NCBI GenBank assembly: GCA_965661345.1
Contig: CBFIDK010000005.1
Coordinates: forward strand, 17,301-81,300
DNA from: Flavobacteriales bacterium
Lineage (GTDB): Bacteria; Bacteroidota; Bacteroidia; Flavobacteriales; UBA7312
DNA: 64,000 bases
Direction of reading: 5' to 3'
The translations under genes were made by a program, and so were the position numbers. How positions within the stretch are numbered: the stretch's first letter is position 1; each line of letters opens with the position of its first letter. A model generated the notes under the pieces. The model did not search any database. It had not been told where the DNA came from and was given only the letters and a program-made list of their open reading frames with translations. Below are positions 55,546 through 64,000 of this stretch, one piece after another.

Positions 55546-57012
55546 GTGAACCCACTCAAAAACCTACTAGGCCAAACGGCTATTTATGGACTGAGTAGTA
55601 TTGTTGGGCGTTTACTCAACTACCTATTGGTCCCTCTTTACACGCGGTATTTTACAACCTCAGAATATGGCGACGTTACCCTTTTGTATGCTTACGTTGC
55701 TTTTCTGTTAATTGTGCTTACCTACGGAATGGAAACAGCTTTTTTTAGGTTTTCACAACAGCACCCCAACAAACCCACGGTATACAGCACCTCGCTCATC
55801 TCCTTGATTGTTAGCTCATCTCTTTTTGTAGGGATTATGCTGTTCAATGCACAAGCCATAGCCGACGCTTTATCCTTTTCATCGCACCCAGAATACGTCC
55901 AGTATTTTGCGCTTATTCTAGGGCTAGACGCACTAAGCGCCATTTCATTTGCTAAGCTCAGAGAACAAAATCGAGCGTTGCGCTTTGCTACTATTCGCCT
56001 CATCAACATCTTTATAAACATTGGGCTTAACCTCTTTTTTATTGTGTATTGCCCATTAGTTATTGCCAATAACTTGGAAGGAATTGAATTCGTTCAAAGC
56101 ATTTACTCAGAAGATGTTGGAATAGGCTATATATTCATTTCAAACCTAGTAGCAAGCGGATTAACCTTGCTGTTGTTTGTACCAGAAATGGTAAAATCCA
56201 CCTGGCGTTTTGATAAGGTATTATGGCGCAAAATGATGATATACGCCCTACCGCTTATGCTTGCCGGTTTGGCTGGAATCACCAACGAAACCATTGACCG
56301 TATTTTATTAAACTATTTATTGCCGGCAGATATATCGGCTTCAGAAATAGGATTGTATAGTGCCTTTTATAAACTGTCCATTATAATGACCCTCTTTGTA
56401 CAGACCTTTCGTTTTGCGGCTGAGCCCTTCTTTTTTGCCCAAGAAAAGGAGAAAAACGCCAAAGCCGTTTACGCTTCAGTTATGAAATATTTTACCATTG
56501 TTACGGCTTTTATATTTCTATCAGTAACGATATATTACGACCTTGTTAAACAGTTTATTGGTTCAGACTTTCACGATGACAGAGGCGCCATAATTGTTCC
56601 AATTTTGCTTTTAGCCAATCTTTTTTTGGGCTTATACTATAACTTATCGGTCTGGTACAAATTGACCGAAAAAACACTTTTTGGGGCCTATATGTCACTT
56701 TTTGGAGCAGGCATTACCATAGTGTTAAACCTTCTTTTAATTCCCAAATTGGGTTTTGTTGGTTCAGCATGGGCAACGCTGTTCTGCTACTTCCTTATGG
56801 TGTTATGCTCGTATTTTTTGGGAAGAAAGCATTACCCCATAGCCTATCCCCTAGGGCGAATAGGCTTGTATTTTGCGCTCATGTTGGGGCTGTATTTTAG
56901 CAGCATAAATTGGTCCTTTGGGATGGTTAATAATACCCTTTATCTTATTATATTTATTGCGGTAGCTTTTGCCCTAGAGCGCCCTAAAAAACAAGCAGAA
57001 ACAACGCATTAA
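55546..57012 (+). CDS. MOP-superfamily polysaccharide/oligosaccharide flippase
   Basis: 488 aa with about 14 TM segments. The start is GTG. Confidence 0.7.
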   Translation: MNPLKNLLGQTAIYGLSSIVGRLLNYLLVPLYTRYFTTSEYGDVTLLYAYVAFLLIVLTYGMETAFFRFSQQHPNKPTVYSTSLISLIVSSSLFVGIMLFNAQAIADALSFSSHPEYVQYFALILGLDALSAISFAKLREQNRALRFATIRLINIFINIGLNLFFIVYCPLVIANNLEGIEFVQSIYSEDVGIGYIFISNLVASGLTLLLFVPEMVKSTWRFDKVLWRKMMIYALPLMLAGLAGITNETIDRILLNYLLPADISASEIGLYSAFYKLSIIMTLFVQTFRFAAEPFFFAQEKEKNAKAVYASVMKYFTIVTAFIFLSVTIYYDLVKQFIGSDFHDDRGAIIVPILLLANLFLGLYYNLSVWYKLTEKTLFGAYMSLFGAGITIVLNLLLIPKLGFVGSAWATLFCYFLMVLCSYFLGRKHYPIAYPLGRIGLYFALMLGLYFSSINWSFGMVNNTLYLIIFIAVAFALERPKKQAETTH

Positions 57013-57023
57013 TTTTTTAAAAA

Positions 57024-57461
57024 ATGACAGCAGTAAAAGTAATTAACCGTTCAAAACACCCATTGCCACAGTACGAAACAATAGCGTCTGCAGGCATGGA
57101 TGTTCGCGCTAACATTGATGCACCCATTGAGCTCGCCCCTTTGCAACGCCAATTAGTAAAAACAGGCCTATTCGTTGAAATTCCTGTAGGATATGAAATA
57201 CAAGTGCGCCCCCGCAGCGGTTTGGCATTTAAAAAAGGCGTTACCGTTTTAAATTCTCCTGGCACTATTGATGCAGACTACAGAGGAGAAATAGGCGTTC
57301 TATTAGTGAATTTATCATCCGAAACCTTTGTGGTTAACGATGGTGAACGCATTGCCCAACTTGTTCTTGCCGCCCACCAACAAGCGGATTGGCAAGAGGT
57401 TGAGGTTTTAGAAGAATCAAACCGTGGTCAAGGTGGCTTCGGAAGTACTGGAACAAAATAA
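57024..57461 (+). CDS. dut: dUTP diphosphatase
   Basis: [28 protein letters not shown] and [10 protein letters not shown] motifs. Confidence 0.93.
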   Translation: MTAVKVINRSKHPLPQYETIASAGMDVRANIDAPIELAPLQRQLVKTGLFVEIPVGYEIQVRPRSGLAFKKGVTVLNSPGTIDADYRGEIGVLLVNLSSETFVVNDGERIAQLVLAAHQQADWQEVEVLEESNRGQGGFGSTGTK

Positions 57462-57465
57462 GCAC

Positions 57466-59199
57466 ATGAGATTAATCATAATTCTTTTTCTATCATTCTT
57501 AATTGTTGAGGCAAAAGCCCAACAACACCCTTTTTATTCTGCCGATGACCCTATTATCCAAAAGGCCCTAAACGTTGTTGACCCCGTAGAATACCAAAAC
57601 TTTTACTTTCAAGGGTTGAAGTATAAAATTTTGGGAGATAATGAAAAAGCCTTAGAGGCTTTCAAAAACTGTATTCGATTGGATGGTGGCGAACCTTCCC
57701 CCATGTATGAGTCCGCCCTAATTTACTTTGAGTCTGGACAGCTTGATGAGGCTTTGTTTTTCATAGAAAGCGCCTGTGAAATTGATAAAAACAATAAATG
57801 GTTTCAACAACTTTTAGCCACGACTTATTTAGAAATTGGAAAATACAGCAAGGCCGTTACGGCATTCAAAAAACTCTTGGAGTTAGAACCAGGAAACGAA
57901 GACTGGCACTTTGAATTGGCCTCGGCATACTTGATGATGAATCAGGGGAAAAACGCAATTAAAGTCTACGATGACCTTGAAAAATACATTGGTCCATACA
58001 GCATGTTGTACCAACAAAAAAAACGCATCTACATGGAAATTGGCGATAAACCGTCGGCCATTGCTGAAATAGAAAAATGGGTAGAGTCTGAACCTAGAAA
58101 CATAGATGCCCTAAACGAATTAGCCGAACTTTACCTGCTTAGCGGTAAACAAGAAAAGGCCATTTCTACATTAGAAAAAGTACTTAAAGTAAATCCGAAT
58201 GACTCTAGAGCATTTATCATTCTTTCCGACTTATACCGAAATAACAATCAAGCGGATAAATCGTTTGAGTACACAAAAAAAGCATTTGCTTCTCAAGAGC
58301 TCAACATAGATACCAAGATGCGCACCCTTCTAACTTATTACGACTTTACAAACGAAGACACTTCGCTTTTGTCACAAACCTATGAGTTAATCGAAGTGCT
58401 AAAGCAAGCGCATCCTAAAGACGCTAAACCCTTTACAATCGCGGGTGATTTTTATTATCGAGATGGTAAAATTGATCAAGCCCAAACGAATTTTAGAAAG
58501 GCTGTTGAGCTAGATGCTAGCCGCTACCCCATTTGGCAACAACTCATGATTATCGCTTTTGATAAAAAGGAATACGAAGAAGTTATACAATTAGGTTTAG
58601 CATCTCAAGAACTTTTCCCAAGCCAACCAACAAGCTATTATTTTTCTGGAATAGCCTATTTACAACAAAAGAAACATTCGTCAGCTATCGATCAATTAAA
58701 TACGGGCAAACTAATGGTTATTGCTAACGACAACCTATTGGCTCAGTTTTATGCCTCTTTAGGAGACGCTTATAATGCAATTGAGAACTATAAAGATTCC
58801 GACAATTCCTATGAAAAATCCTTAGAACTTTCTGCCGAAAACACCTACGTATTAAACAACTACAGCTACTATTTATCCTTGCGCCAAACAAAACTTGATA
58901 GGGCCAAAGAGATGATGAGTCTGTGCGTGAAGATAGAACCCAATCAACCCTCCTACGAAGACACCTACGCTTGGGTGTTTTACCAGAAAAAAGAATACAA
59001 AGACGCTCTAATTTGGCTTGAAAAAGCCTTAAAAAATGGCGGGGACTCCAGCTCTACCATCGTTGAACACTATGGAGATGCGCTCTTTCAACTAAACAGA
59101 ACAGAAGAGGCTCTTGAGCAATGGATAAAAGCCAAAGAACTGGGCTCAGAATCAGAATTGATCGATAAAAAAATAGAAGATAAAACCCTTTATGAATAG
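57466..59199 (+). CDS. TPR-repeat protein with a signal peptide
   Basis: Many TPR units. The start is trimmed to MRLIIILFLSF. Confidence 0.7.
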   Translation: MRLIIILFLSFLIVEAKAQQHPFYSADDPIIQKALNVVDPVEYQNFYFQGLKYKILGDNEKALEAFKNCIRLDGGEPSPMYESALIYFESGQLDEALFFIESACEIDKNNKWFQQLLATTYLEIGKYSKAVTAFKKLLELEPGNEDWHFELASAYLMMNQGKNAIKVYDDLEKYIGPYSMLYQQKKRIYMEIGDKPSAIAEIEKWVESEPRNIDALNELAELYLLSGKQEKAISTLEKVLKVNPNDSRAFIILSDLYRNNNQADKSFEYTKKAFASQELNIDTKMRTLLTYYDFTNEDTSLLSQTYELIEVLKQAHPKDAKPFTIAGDFYYRDGKIDQAQTNFRKAVELDASRYPIWQQLMIIAFDKKEYEEVIQLGLASQELFPSQPTSYYFSGIAYLQQKKHSSAIDQLNTGKLMVIANDNLLAQFYASLGDAYNAIENYKDSDNSYEKSLELSAENTYVLNNYSYYLSLRQTKLDRAKEMMSLCVKIEPNQPSYEDTYAWVFYQKKEYKDALIWLEKALKNGGDSSSTIVEHYGDALFQLNRTEEALEQWIKAKELGSESELIDKKIEDKTLYE

Positions 59200-59926
59200 A
59201 GTAAGCCTTTTCATTTTTATCGTGTTTTTATCCTCTTGTGCTGGGATAAAATTAACCACTAACACCAGCTCACAATCTGCACAGCAGATTCTACAAAACA
59301 CCAAACTAAACACGGCTCAATTAGAGTGGGTTACCGCAAACATTAAAGGCAAAGTAGATTTTGATGGCAGCAACCTACCCATAAATGCCAATCTTCGACT
59401 AAAAAAAGACAGCGTTATATGGCTGTCCATATCAGCCATCATGGGTTTGGAGGCGCTTCGTGCCCACATAACGCCTGATAGCTTACACCTAATTAACCGA
59501 CTGAATTCCACCTATTTTGTGGGTAATATTAATGCCCTTTCTAGCCAGTATAATTTACCCTTTTCATTCTTTGAACTGCAAGATTTAATACTAGCTAGCG
59601 TTAACCCAAAGGAAAAAAACAGCTATACCGTTGATGTTTCCCCAGAAGCTTACACCCTGTTTTCATCCAATAATCAAAGCGTAATAAAGCTAAACACTAA
59701 CTATTTACCCTTAGAAGTTTTTCATTCTAAGTCCGATAGTCAATACGTCAAAACAAACTATCTAAACTACGCCCAAACCGATTCTGTTTGGTTGCCAAAA
59801 ACGGTGACTATTGACCTACAATCTTCGGAGAAGACCGCCAAGGCGACCCTTAACTATTCAAAGGCCACAATTAATAGGCCCAAAAAATTAAAATTCTCTA
59901 TACCTTCGTCATATGTTCCGATGTAA
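59192..59926 (+). CDS. DUF4292-like (LolA-fold-like) lipoprotein
   Basis: Lipobox LSSC, and the conserved Bacteroidota neighbourhood dut-TPR-DUF4292-M23. Confidence 0.55.
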   Translation: MNRVSLFIFIVFLSSCAGIKLTTNTSSQSAQQILQNTKLNTAQLEWVTANIKGKVDFDGSNLPINANLRLKKDSVIWLSISAIMGLEALRAHITPDSLHLINRLNSTYFVGNINALSSQYNLPFSFFELQDLILASVNPKEKNSYTVDVSPEAYTLFSSNNQSVIKLNTNYLPLEVFHSKSDSQYVKTNYLNYAQTDSVWLPKTVTIDLQSSEKTAKATLNYSKATINRPKKLKFSIPSSYVPM

Positions 59927-61172
59927 CACATACGTCTTGATTATCGCGCTTGTTTTTGGAGCACACCTAATTGGGTTTTCTCAGTCAAAAGAGGTGCTGC
60001 AAAACAAAAAAGCACAAATACAGAAGGAAATCCAATTGACCAACAAGCTGATTAACAAAGCAAAAAAAGAGAAAAACCAATCGATAAACATCTTATCTAC
60101 CCTGAATAAACAAATAGAGTCTAGAGACGAAATTGTAAAAACGCTAGACCTAGAAATCAAAATGACAATTATTCAAATAGATAATCTAAAAGCCGAAATA
60201 GAAGAAACCAATCAGTCTATTCAAGACCAACAAAATTTATTAGACACCCTAAAAAGTGAATACGCTCTAATGATCCGCCACGCTTATCATAACCGAAATT
60301 CCTACGATCGTTTAGCGTTTATCTTTTCAGCTCAAAGCTACAACCAAGCCTTTAAGCGCATACGTTATTTGCAAGAATACAGCCAGTTTAGACAAAAGCA
60401 GGTCGAAGAAATTAAGCGAGTAGAACAGCAGTTATCCGATGAGTTATTGAGTTTAAAACGCCAAAAGGTCTTGCTTACAGTAGCGATGAACGAAAGAAAC
60501 CAGACGCTCGGAGAGTCGCAGGCAGAAATAAGCCTATTAAGCCAAGAAAAGGAATCCCAAAACACCTTTTTGTTAAGCCTAAGAAAAAAAGAAAAAAAGC
60601 TAAAGAAAGAGCTTTCCAAACAACAACAGCTAGCCAAAACGTTAGACAATCAGATTAAAAAAATTATTGCAGAAGAAATCCGTAAAGCCAAAGAAAAGGC
60701 CAACCTAGGCGGCGGCAAAAGCCTTTCACTCACACCTGAAGAACAGCAGTTATCGGATAATTTTAGCTCTAACAAAGGTAAATTACCATGGCCAGTTGAA
60801 CGCGGAGTAATTATTGAACGTTTTGGCATTCAGCCCCATCCCGTTTTAAAAGGCATTGAAACGCTAAACAATGGCGTAAAAATCACCACCGAAGAAGGCT
60901 CTTTCGTTCGTGCTATTTTTGAAGGAACAGTGTCACGGATAATAGATATTCCCGGCTCGGGTAAGGCTGTAATTATCAGTCATGGTGATTATTTCACGGT
61001 GTATTCAAACCTTGTAGAAGTCTTTGTAAAGCGGGGGCAAACGGTAGCTCTTAAAGAAGATATTGCCAGAGTTTATACCAAATTATCTAACAAAGAATCC
61101 ATTACAGAGCTACAAATTTGGAAGGGCAGCGAAAAGCTTGACCCATCCTCATGGCTTTTTAAAGCTTACTAG
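59913..61172 (+). CDS. EnvC-like coiled-coil + M23 (LytM) domain protein
   Basis: About 250 aa of Q/K/E-rich coiled coil followed by a C-terminal LytM-like beta domain. Confidence 0.75.
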   Translation: MFRCNTYVLIIALVFGAHLIGFSQSKEVLQNKKAQIQKEIQLTNKLINKAKKEKNQSINILSTLNKQIESRDEIVKTLDLEIKMTIIQIDNLKAEIEETNQSIQDQQNLLDTLKSEYALMIRHAYHNRNSYDRLAFIFSAQSYNQAFKRIRYLQEYSQFRQKQVEEIKRVEQQLSDELLSLKRQKVLLTVAMNERNQTLGESQAEISLLSQEKESQNTFLLSLRKKEKKLKKELSKQQQLAKTLDNQIKKIIAEEIRKAKEKANLGGGKSLSLTPEEQQLSDNFSSNKGKLPWPVERGVIIERFGIQPHPVLKGIETLNNGVKITTEEGSFVRAIFEGTVSRIIDIPGSGKAVIISHGDYFTVYSNLVEVFVKRGQTVALKEDIARVYTKLSNKESITELQIWKGSEKLDPSSWLFKAY

Positions 61173-61184
61173 TAAAAAAATCTG

Positions 61185-61192
61185 TACTTTTG
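61185..61192 (+). promoter_or_regulatory. candidate -7 box TACTTTTG for tatA
   Basis: TAnnTTTG match 26 nt upstream of ATG 61218. Confidence 0.35.
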
Positions 61193-61217
61193 CTACACCA
61201 TAAACACCTTATTAATT

Positions 61218-61397
61218 ATGACATTATCTACATTACTTGTAATAGGTTGGCCACAAATCGTTCTCATAGTGGTTATTGTTCTAATTCTTTTTGGAGGCAA
61301 AAAACTTCCTGAATTAATGAAAGGTTTAGGAAAAGGCATGAAGGAATTCAAGGACGCAACAAAAGAACTAAACGACGATAATAAAGAGGAAAAATAG
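61218..61397 (+). CDS. tatA: twin-arginine translocase TatA/E subunit (59 aa; missing from the ORF track)
   Basis: Translated by hand: [59 protein letters not shown]. Confidence 0.85.
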   Translation: MTLSTLLVIGWPQIVLIVVIVLILFGGKKLPELMKGLGKGMKEFKDATKELNDDNKEEK

Positions 61398-61416
61398 AAT
61401 TACTCTTTAATACAAT

Positions 61417-62832
61417 ATGAATACTTACCGCTCTTTAGACGCTATTCAGCAGGATTTACACTCTGGAAAAACCACTTGTTTGTCCATTACTAAATCGTAT
61501 TTAAGCCGAATTTCAGAACATAAACACCTCAACGCTTTTCTTGAAGTTTTTGAAGAAGAAGCTCTTGAGGCGGCACAGCGAATCGATGTAAAAATTAGCT
61601 CTGGTACTTCTGGAAAACTTGCCGGCATGGTTATTGGCATAAAAGACAACATTTGCTATGAGGGGCATAAAGTTTCGGCATCGTCTAAAATTTTAGAGAG
61701 TTTTGAAAGTTTATTTAGCGCCACAGTAGTCGAACGGCTTATTGAGGAAGATGCTATTATCATTGGGCGATTAAATTGCGATGAATTTGCAATGGGCAGT
61801 ACGAATGAAAACTCTGCTTTTGGCGCCGTTTTAAACCCCCTCAATACAGACTGTGTGCCAGGCGGCTCTTCTGGCGGCTCGGCAGCAGCAGTAGCGGCTG
61901 ACCTTTGCTTGGCTACATTGGGTAGCGATACAGGTGGCTCAATCAGACAACCGGCTAGTTTTTGTGGCGTTGTTGGTTATAAACCGACATACGGTCGCGT
62001 AAGCCGATGGGGACTTATTGCTTACGCCTCATCTTTTGATCAGATTGGCCCACTAACGCATAACCTCAAGGATGCCGCACGTATAATGGAAGTCATTTCA
62101 GGCGGTGACAATTATGACAGCACCTGCTCCACTAAGGATGCTCCATCTTTTGATTTAGAGCCAATCAAAAAAGCCAGAGTTGGCTACCTAAAAAGCACAC
62201 TAGAAAACCCTATGCTTGATTCAGAGATTAAGCAACATATTTTAAAAACCGTAGACCACCTAAAAGAATTAGGCCATGAGGTCATTGAGGTAGATTTTCC
62301 TTACCTCGATTATGTTGTGCCAACCTACTATGTGCTAACCACCGCTGAAGCGTCTTCAAACCTTTCTCGATACGATGGTATTCATTACGGCCACAGAAGT
62401 AGTGAAGCAAACGATATACCGTCCGCCTATCAAAAATCCAGAACTGAGGGCTTTGGGCCCGAAGTACAACGACGAATTATGCTAGGAACCTTCGTCTTAA
62501 GTGCTGGTTATTACGACGCTTACTATACCAAGGCTCAAAAAGTAAGGCGATTGTTATCCGAAAAAACACAATCTATTTTTGATACATGTGATTTTATTTT
62601 ATCGCCAACCTCGCCTAACACAGCCTTAAAAATAGGACAAACCTATGATGATCCCACACAACTGTATTTAGAAGATATCTTTACGGTTCATGCAAATATA
62701 GTAGGGATTCCTGCCGTATCAATACCTACAGGAACCCATAGCAACGGTATGCCTTTTGGAGTACAGTTAATGGCGCCAGCATTCAAAGATGCTCAATTAA
62801 TGGCGTTTGCTAATCAGATAATGAACAAATAA
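61417..62832 (+). CDS. gatA: Asp-tRNA(Asn)/Glu-tRNA(Gln) amidotransferase subunit A
   Basis: Amidase signature GGSSGGSAAAVA..GSDTGGSIRQPA. Confidence 0.92.
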   Translation: MNTYRSLDAIQQDLHSGKTTCLSITKSYLSRISEHKHLNAFLEVFEEEALEAAQRIDVKISSGTSGKLAGMVIGIKDNICYEGHKVSASSKILESFESLFSATVVERLIEEDAIIIGRLNCDEFAMGSTNENSAFGAVLNPLNTDCVPGGSSGGSAAAVAADLCLATLGSDTGGSIRQPASFCGVVGYKPTYGRVSRWGLIAYASSFDQIGPLTHNLKDAARIMEVISGGDNYDSTCSTKDAPSFDLEPIKKARVGYLKSTLENPMLDSEIKQHILKTVDHLKELGHEVIEVDFPYLDYVVPTYYVLTTAEASSNLSRYDGIHYGHRSSEANDIPSAYQKSRTEGFGPEVQRRIMLGTFVLSAGYYDAYYTKAQKVRRLLSEKTQSIFDTCDFILSPTSPNTALKIGQTYDDPTQLYLEDIFTVHANIVGIPAVSIPTGTHSNGMPFGVQLMAPAFKDAQLMAFANQIMNK

Positions 62833-62894
62833 ACGTTAATAATTAAACCGTTTCTACTGTGTATGGCGGTCTATTTATTTTCATTTTTGTAGCT

Positions 62895-64000
62895 ATGAGA
62901 AGAATCACCACTTTATGTATACCCTTTTTGGCAATTATAGTATCGGTTACTACTGTAAAGTCTAACACCTCAAACGCTTTAAGGGTAGATTCACTTCCGT
63001 TTAATGTTGTTGCAGACCACCCCTCAAATGCAAAGAGAGACTCTTTATGGACGCATGAACAACTTGCCACACAACAAATAGAAACAGATACTAGCATCCT
63101 CAATAAATGGTCTTATGCTTCAGATAGTATACCTGCTTTTGTGGACAGTGTTATTGTCAAGCGTTTAGCCCTTTTAGACCAACACACCCCGTTTCGTCTA
63201 GATTACAACGAAGCGGTACAGCGCCAAATAAACATCTACGCCAACACTTACAGAAGACACGTTTCAACAATGTTAGGAAAATCAAATTATTATTTTCCAC
63301 TTTTCGAGTCGGTGTTAGACCAATACGATTTGCCATTGGAGTTCAAATACTTAGCAATTGTAGAGTCTGCCTTGAAACCACATGCGCGCTCTCGTTCTGC
63401 CGCAACAGGCTTATGGCAATTTATGTACACAACAGGAAAAATTTACGATTTAAACGTAACGTCCTATATTGACGAGCGAAGCGACCCTTTGCAATCCACC
63501 ATTGCGGCTTGTGAGTATTTCACATTTCTTTATAAAATGTTTAACGATTGGGAGCTTGTATTAGCAGCTTATAACGGCGGCCCAGGCTATGTGTCAAGAG
63601 CCATGCGAAAATATGGCGTTAGTGATTATTGGTCTCTTCGTCCTTATTTACGAAAAGAAACACAGAACTATGTGCCAAAATTTATAGCTGTAAACTACAT
63701 TATGAATTACGCTTCGGAGCACAACATTTATCCTACGCCCTACCCTTTTACACAGGCAGAAACGGATACCATTAGCATTAGCCAGTCGGTGACGTTTGAG
63801 ACGCTTTCAGAAACCCTCGATATAGATATAGAAATCCTTAAGGAGTTAAATCCTATTTATAAAACAAACCTGCTCCCCGTTTCGAAAGGAAAGACGGCAT
63901 TGCTAAAGTTGCCTATCAAAAAAATGGCACTGTTTGTGAATAATATGGATAGCATCTATGCTTTCACCGAGCGTTCCCAACAACGCTATGTGAGCGTTGA
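62895..64000 (+). CDS. MltD-like lytic transglycosylase (SLT domain, start of LysM region), 3' end beyond the window
   Basis: The frame translated by hand is open from ATG 62895 to the window end. It has IVESALKPHARSRSAATGLWQFM and AAYNGGPGYV motifs. It is absent from the ORF track because it has no stop. Confidence 0.8.
   Translation, partial: MRRITTLCIPFLAIIVSVTTVKSNTSNALRVDSLPFNVVADHPSNAKRDSLWTHEQLATQQIETDTSILNKWSYASDSIPAFVDSVIVKRLALLDQHTPFRLDYNEAVQRQINIYANTYRRHVSTMLGKSNYYFPLFESVLDQYDLPLEFKYLAIVESALKPHARSRSAATGLWQFMYTTGKIYDLNVTSYIDERSDPLQSTIAACEYFTFLYKMFNDWELVLAAYNGGPGYVSRAMRKYGVSDYWSLRPYLRKETQNYVPKFIAVNYIMNYASEHNIYPTPYPFTQAETDTISISQSVTFETLSETLDIDIEILKELNPIYKTNLLPVSKGKTALLKLPIKKMALFVNNMDSIYAFTERSQQRYVSV

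Noticed and set aside
62843-63103. 86-aa minus-strand ORF.
   Set aside because: It is overlapped by the much longer + strand open frame from 62895 to the window end, which encodes clear SLT-domain motifs.

Overview
This is a Bacteroidota chromosome segment that looks Flavobacteriia-like. The phylum call rests on T9SS C-terminal sorting domains, a PorW/SprE-like lipoprotein, a GH3-family protein, TAnnTTTG -7 promoter boxes and an atp operon without atpD/atpC. About 55 kb (8.8-64 kb) is ordinary core genome: pyk-rnc-fabF-acpP, purN, rnhA, an M1 aminopeptidase, tRNA-Asn, rnr, rpiB, dxr-rseP, atpBEFHAG, dut, tatA, gatA and cell-envelope genes. The unusual part is 0.55-8.75 kb, a low-GC block that reads as a decayed integron-type cassette array. 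It has six co-oriented cassettes (982-8737). Each ends in an attC-like imperfect palindrome (AAC box to GTT box), and the 6 nt after each G|TT crossover are complementary to that cassette's own 5' attC box. Only a short tyrosine-recombinase remnant is left (655-981), and the block is bracketed by ~80-bp direct repeats that each carry a full TTTG-N20-TAnnTTTG promoter. The cargo includes a 1080-aa SF2 helicase with a C-terminal nuclease-like module, which alone fills a 3.35-kb cassette and is the best candidate for an undescribed single-gene antiphage system. Other cargo is a zinc-ribbon + HEPN-like (Rx4H) protein, two orphans, a Tat-exported metallophosphoesterase and a T9SS-sorted protein. 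Elsewhere, a T9SS-secreted lysyl-oxidase-like protein sits in a cytochrome-c/beta-barrel cluster. There is also a phosphoethanolamine-transferase/GDPD-like fusion, a probable frameshifted membrane gene and a 440-bp extremely AT-rich spacer. All calls come from reading the sequence and ORF translations by eye. No searches were run, and the GC figures are hand counts of a few 60-nt lines.
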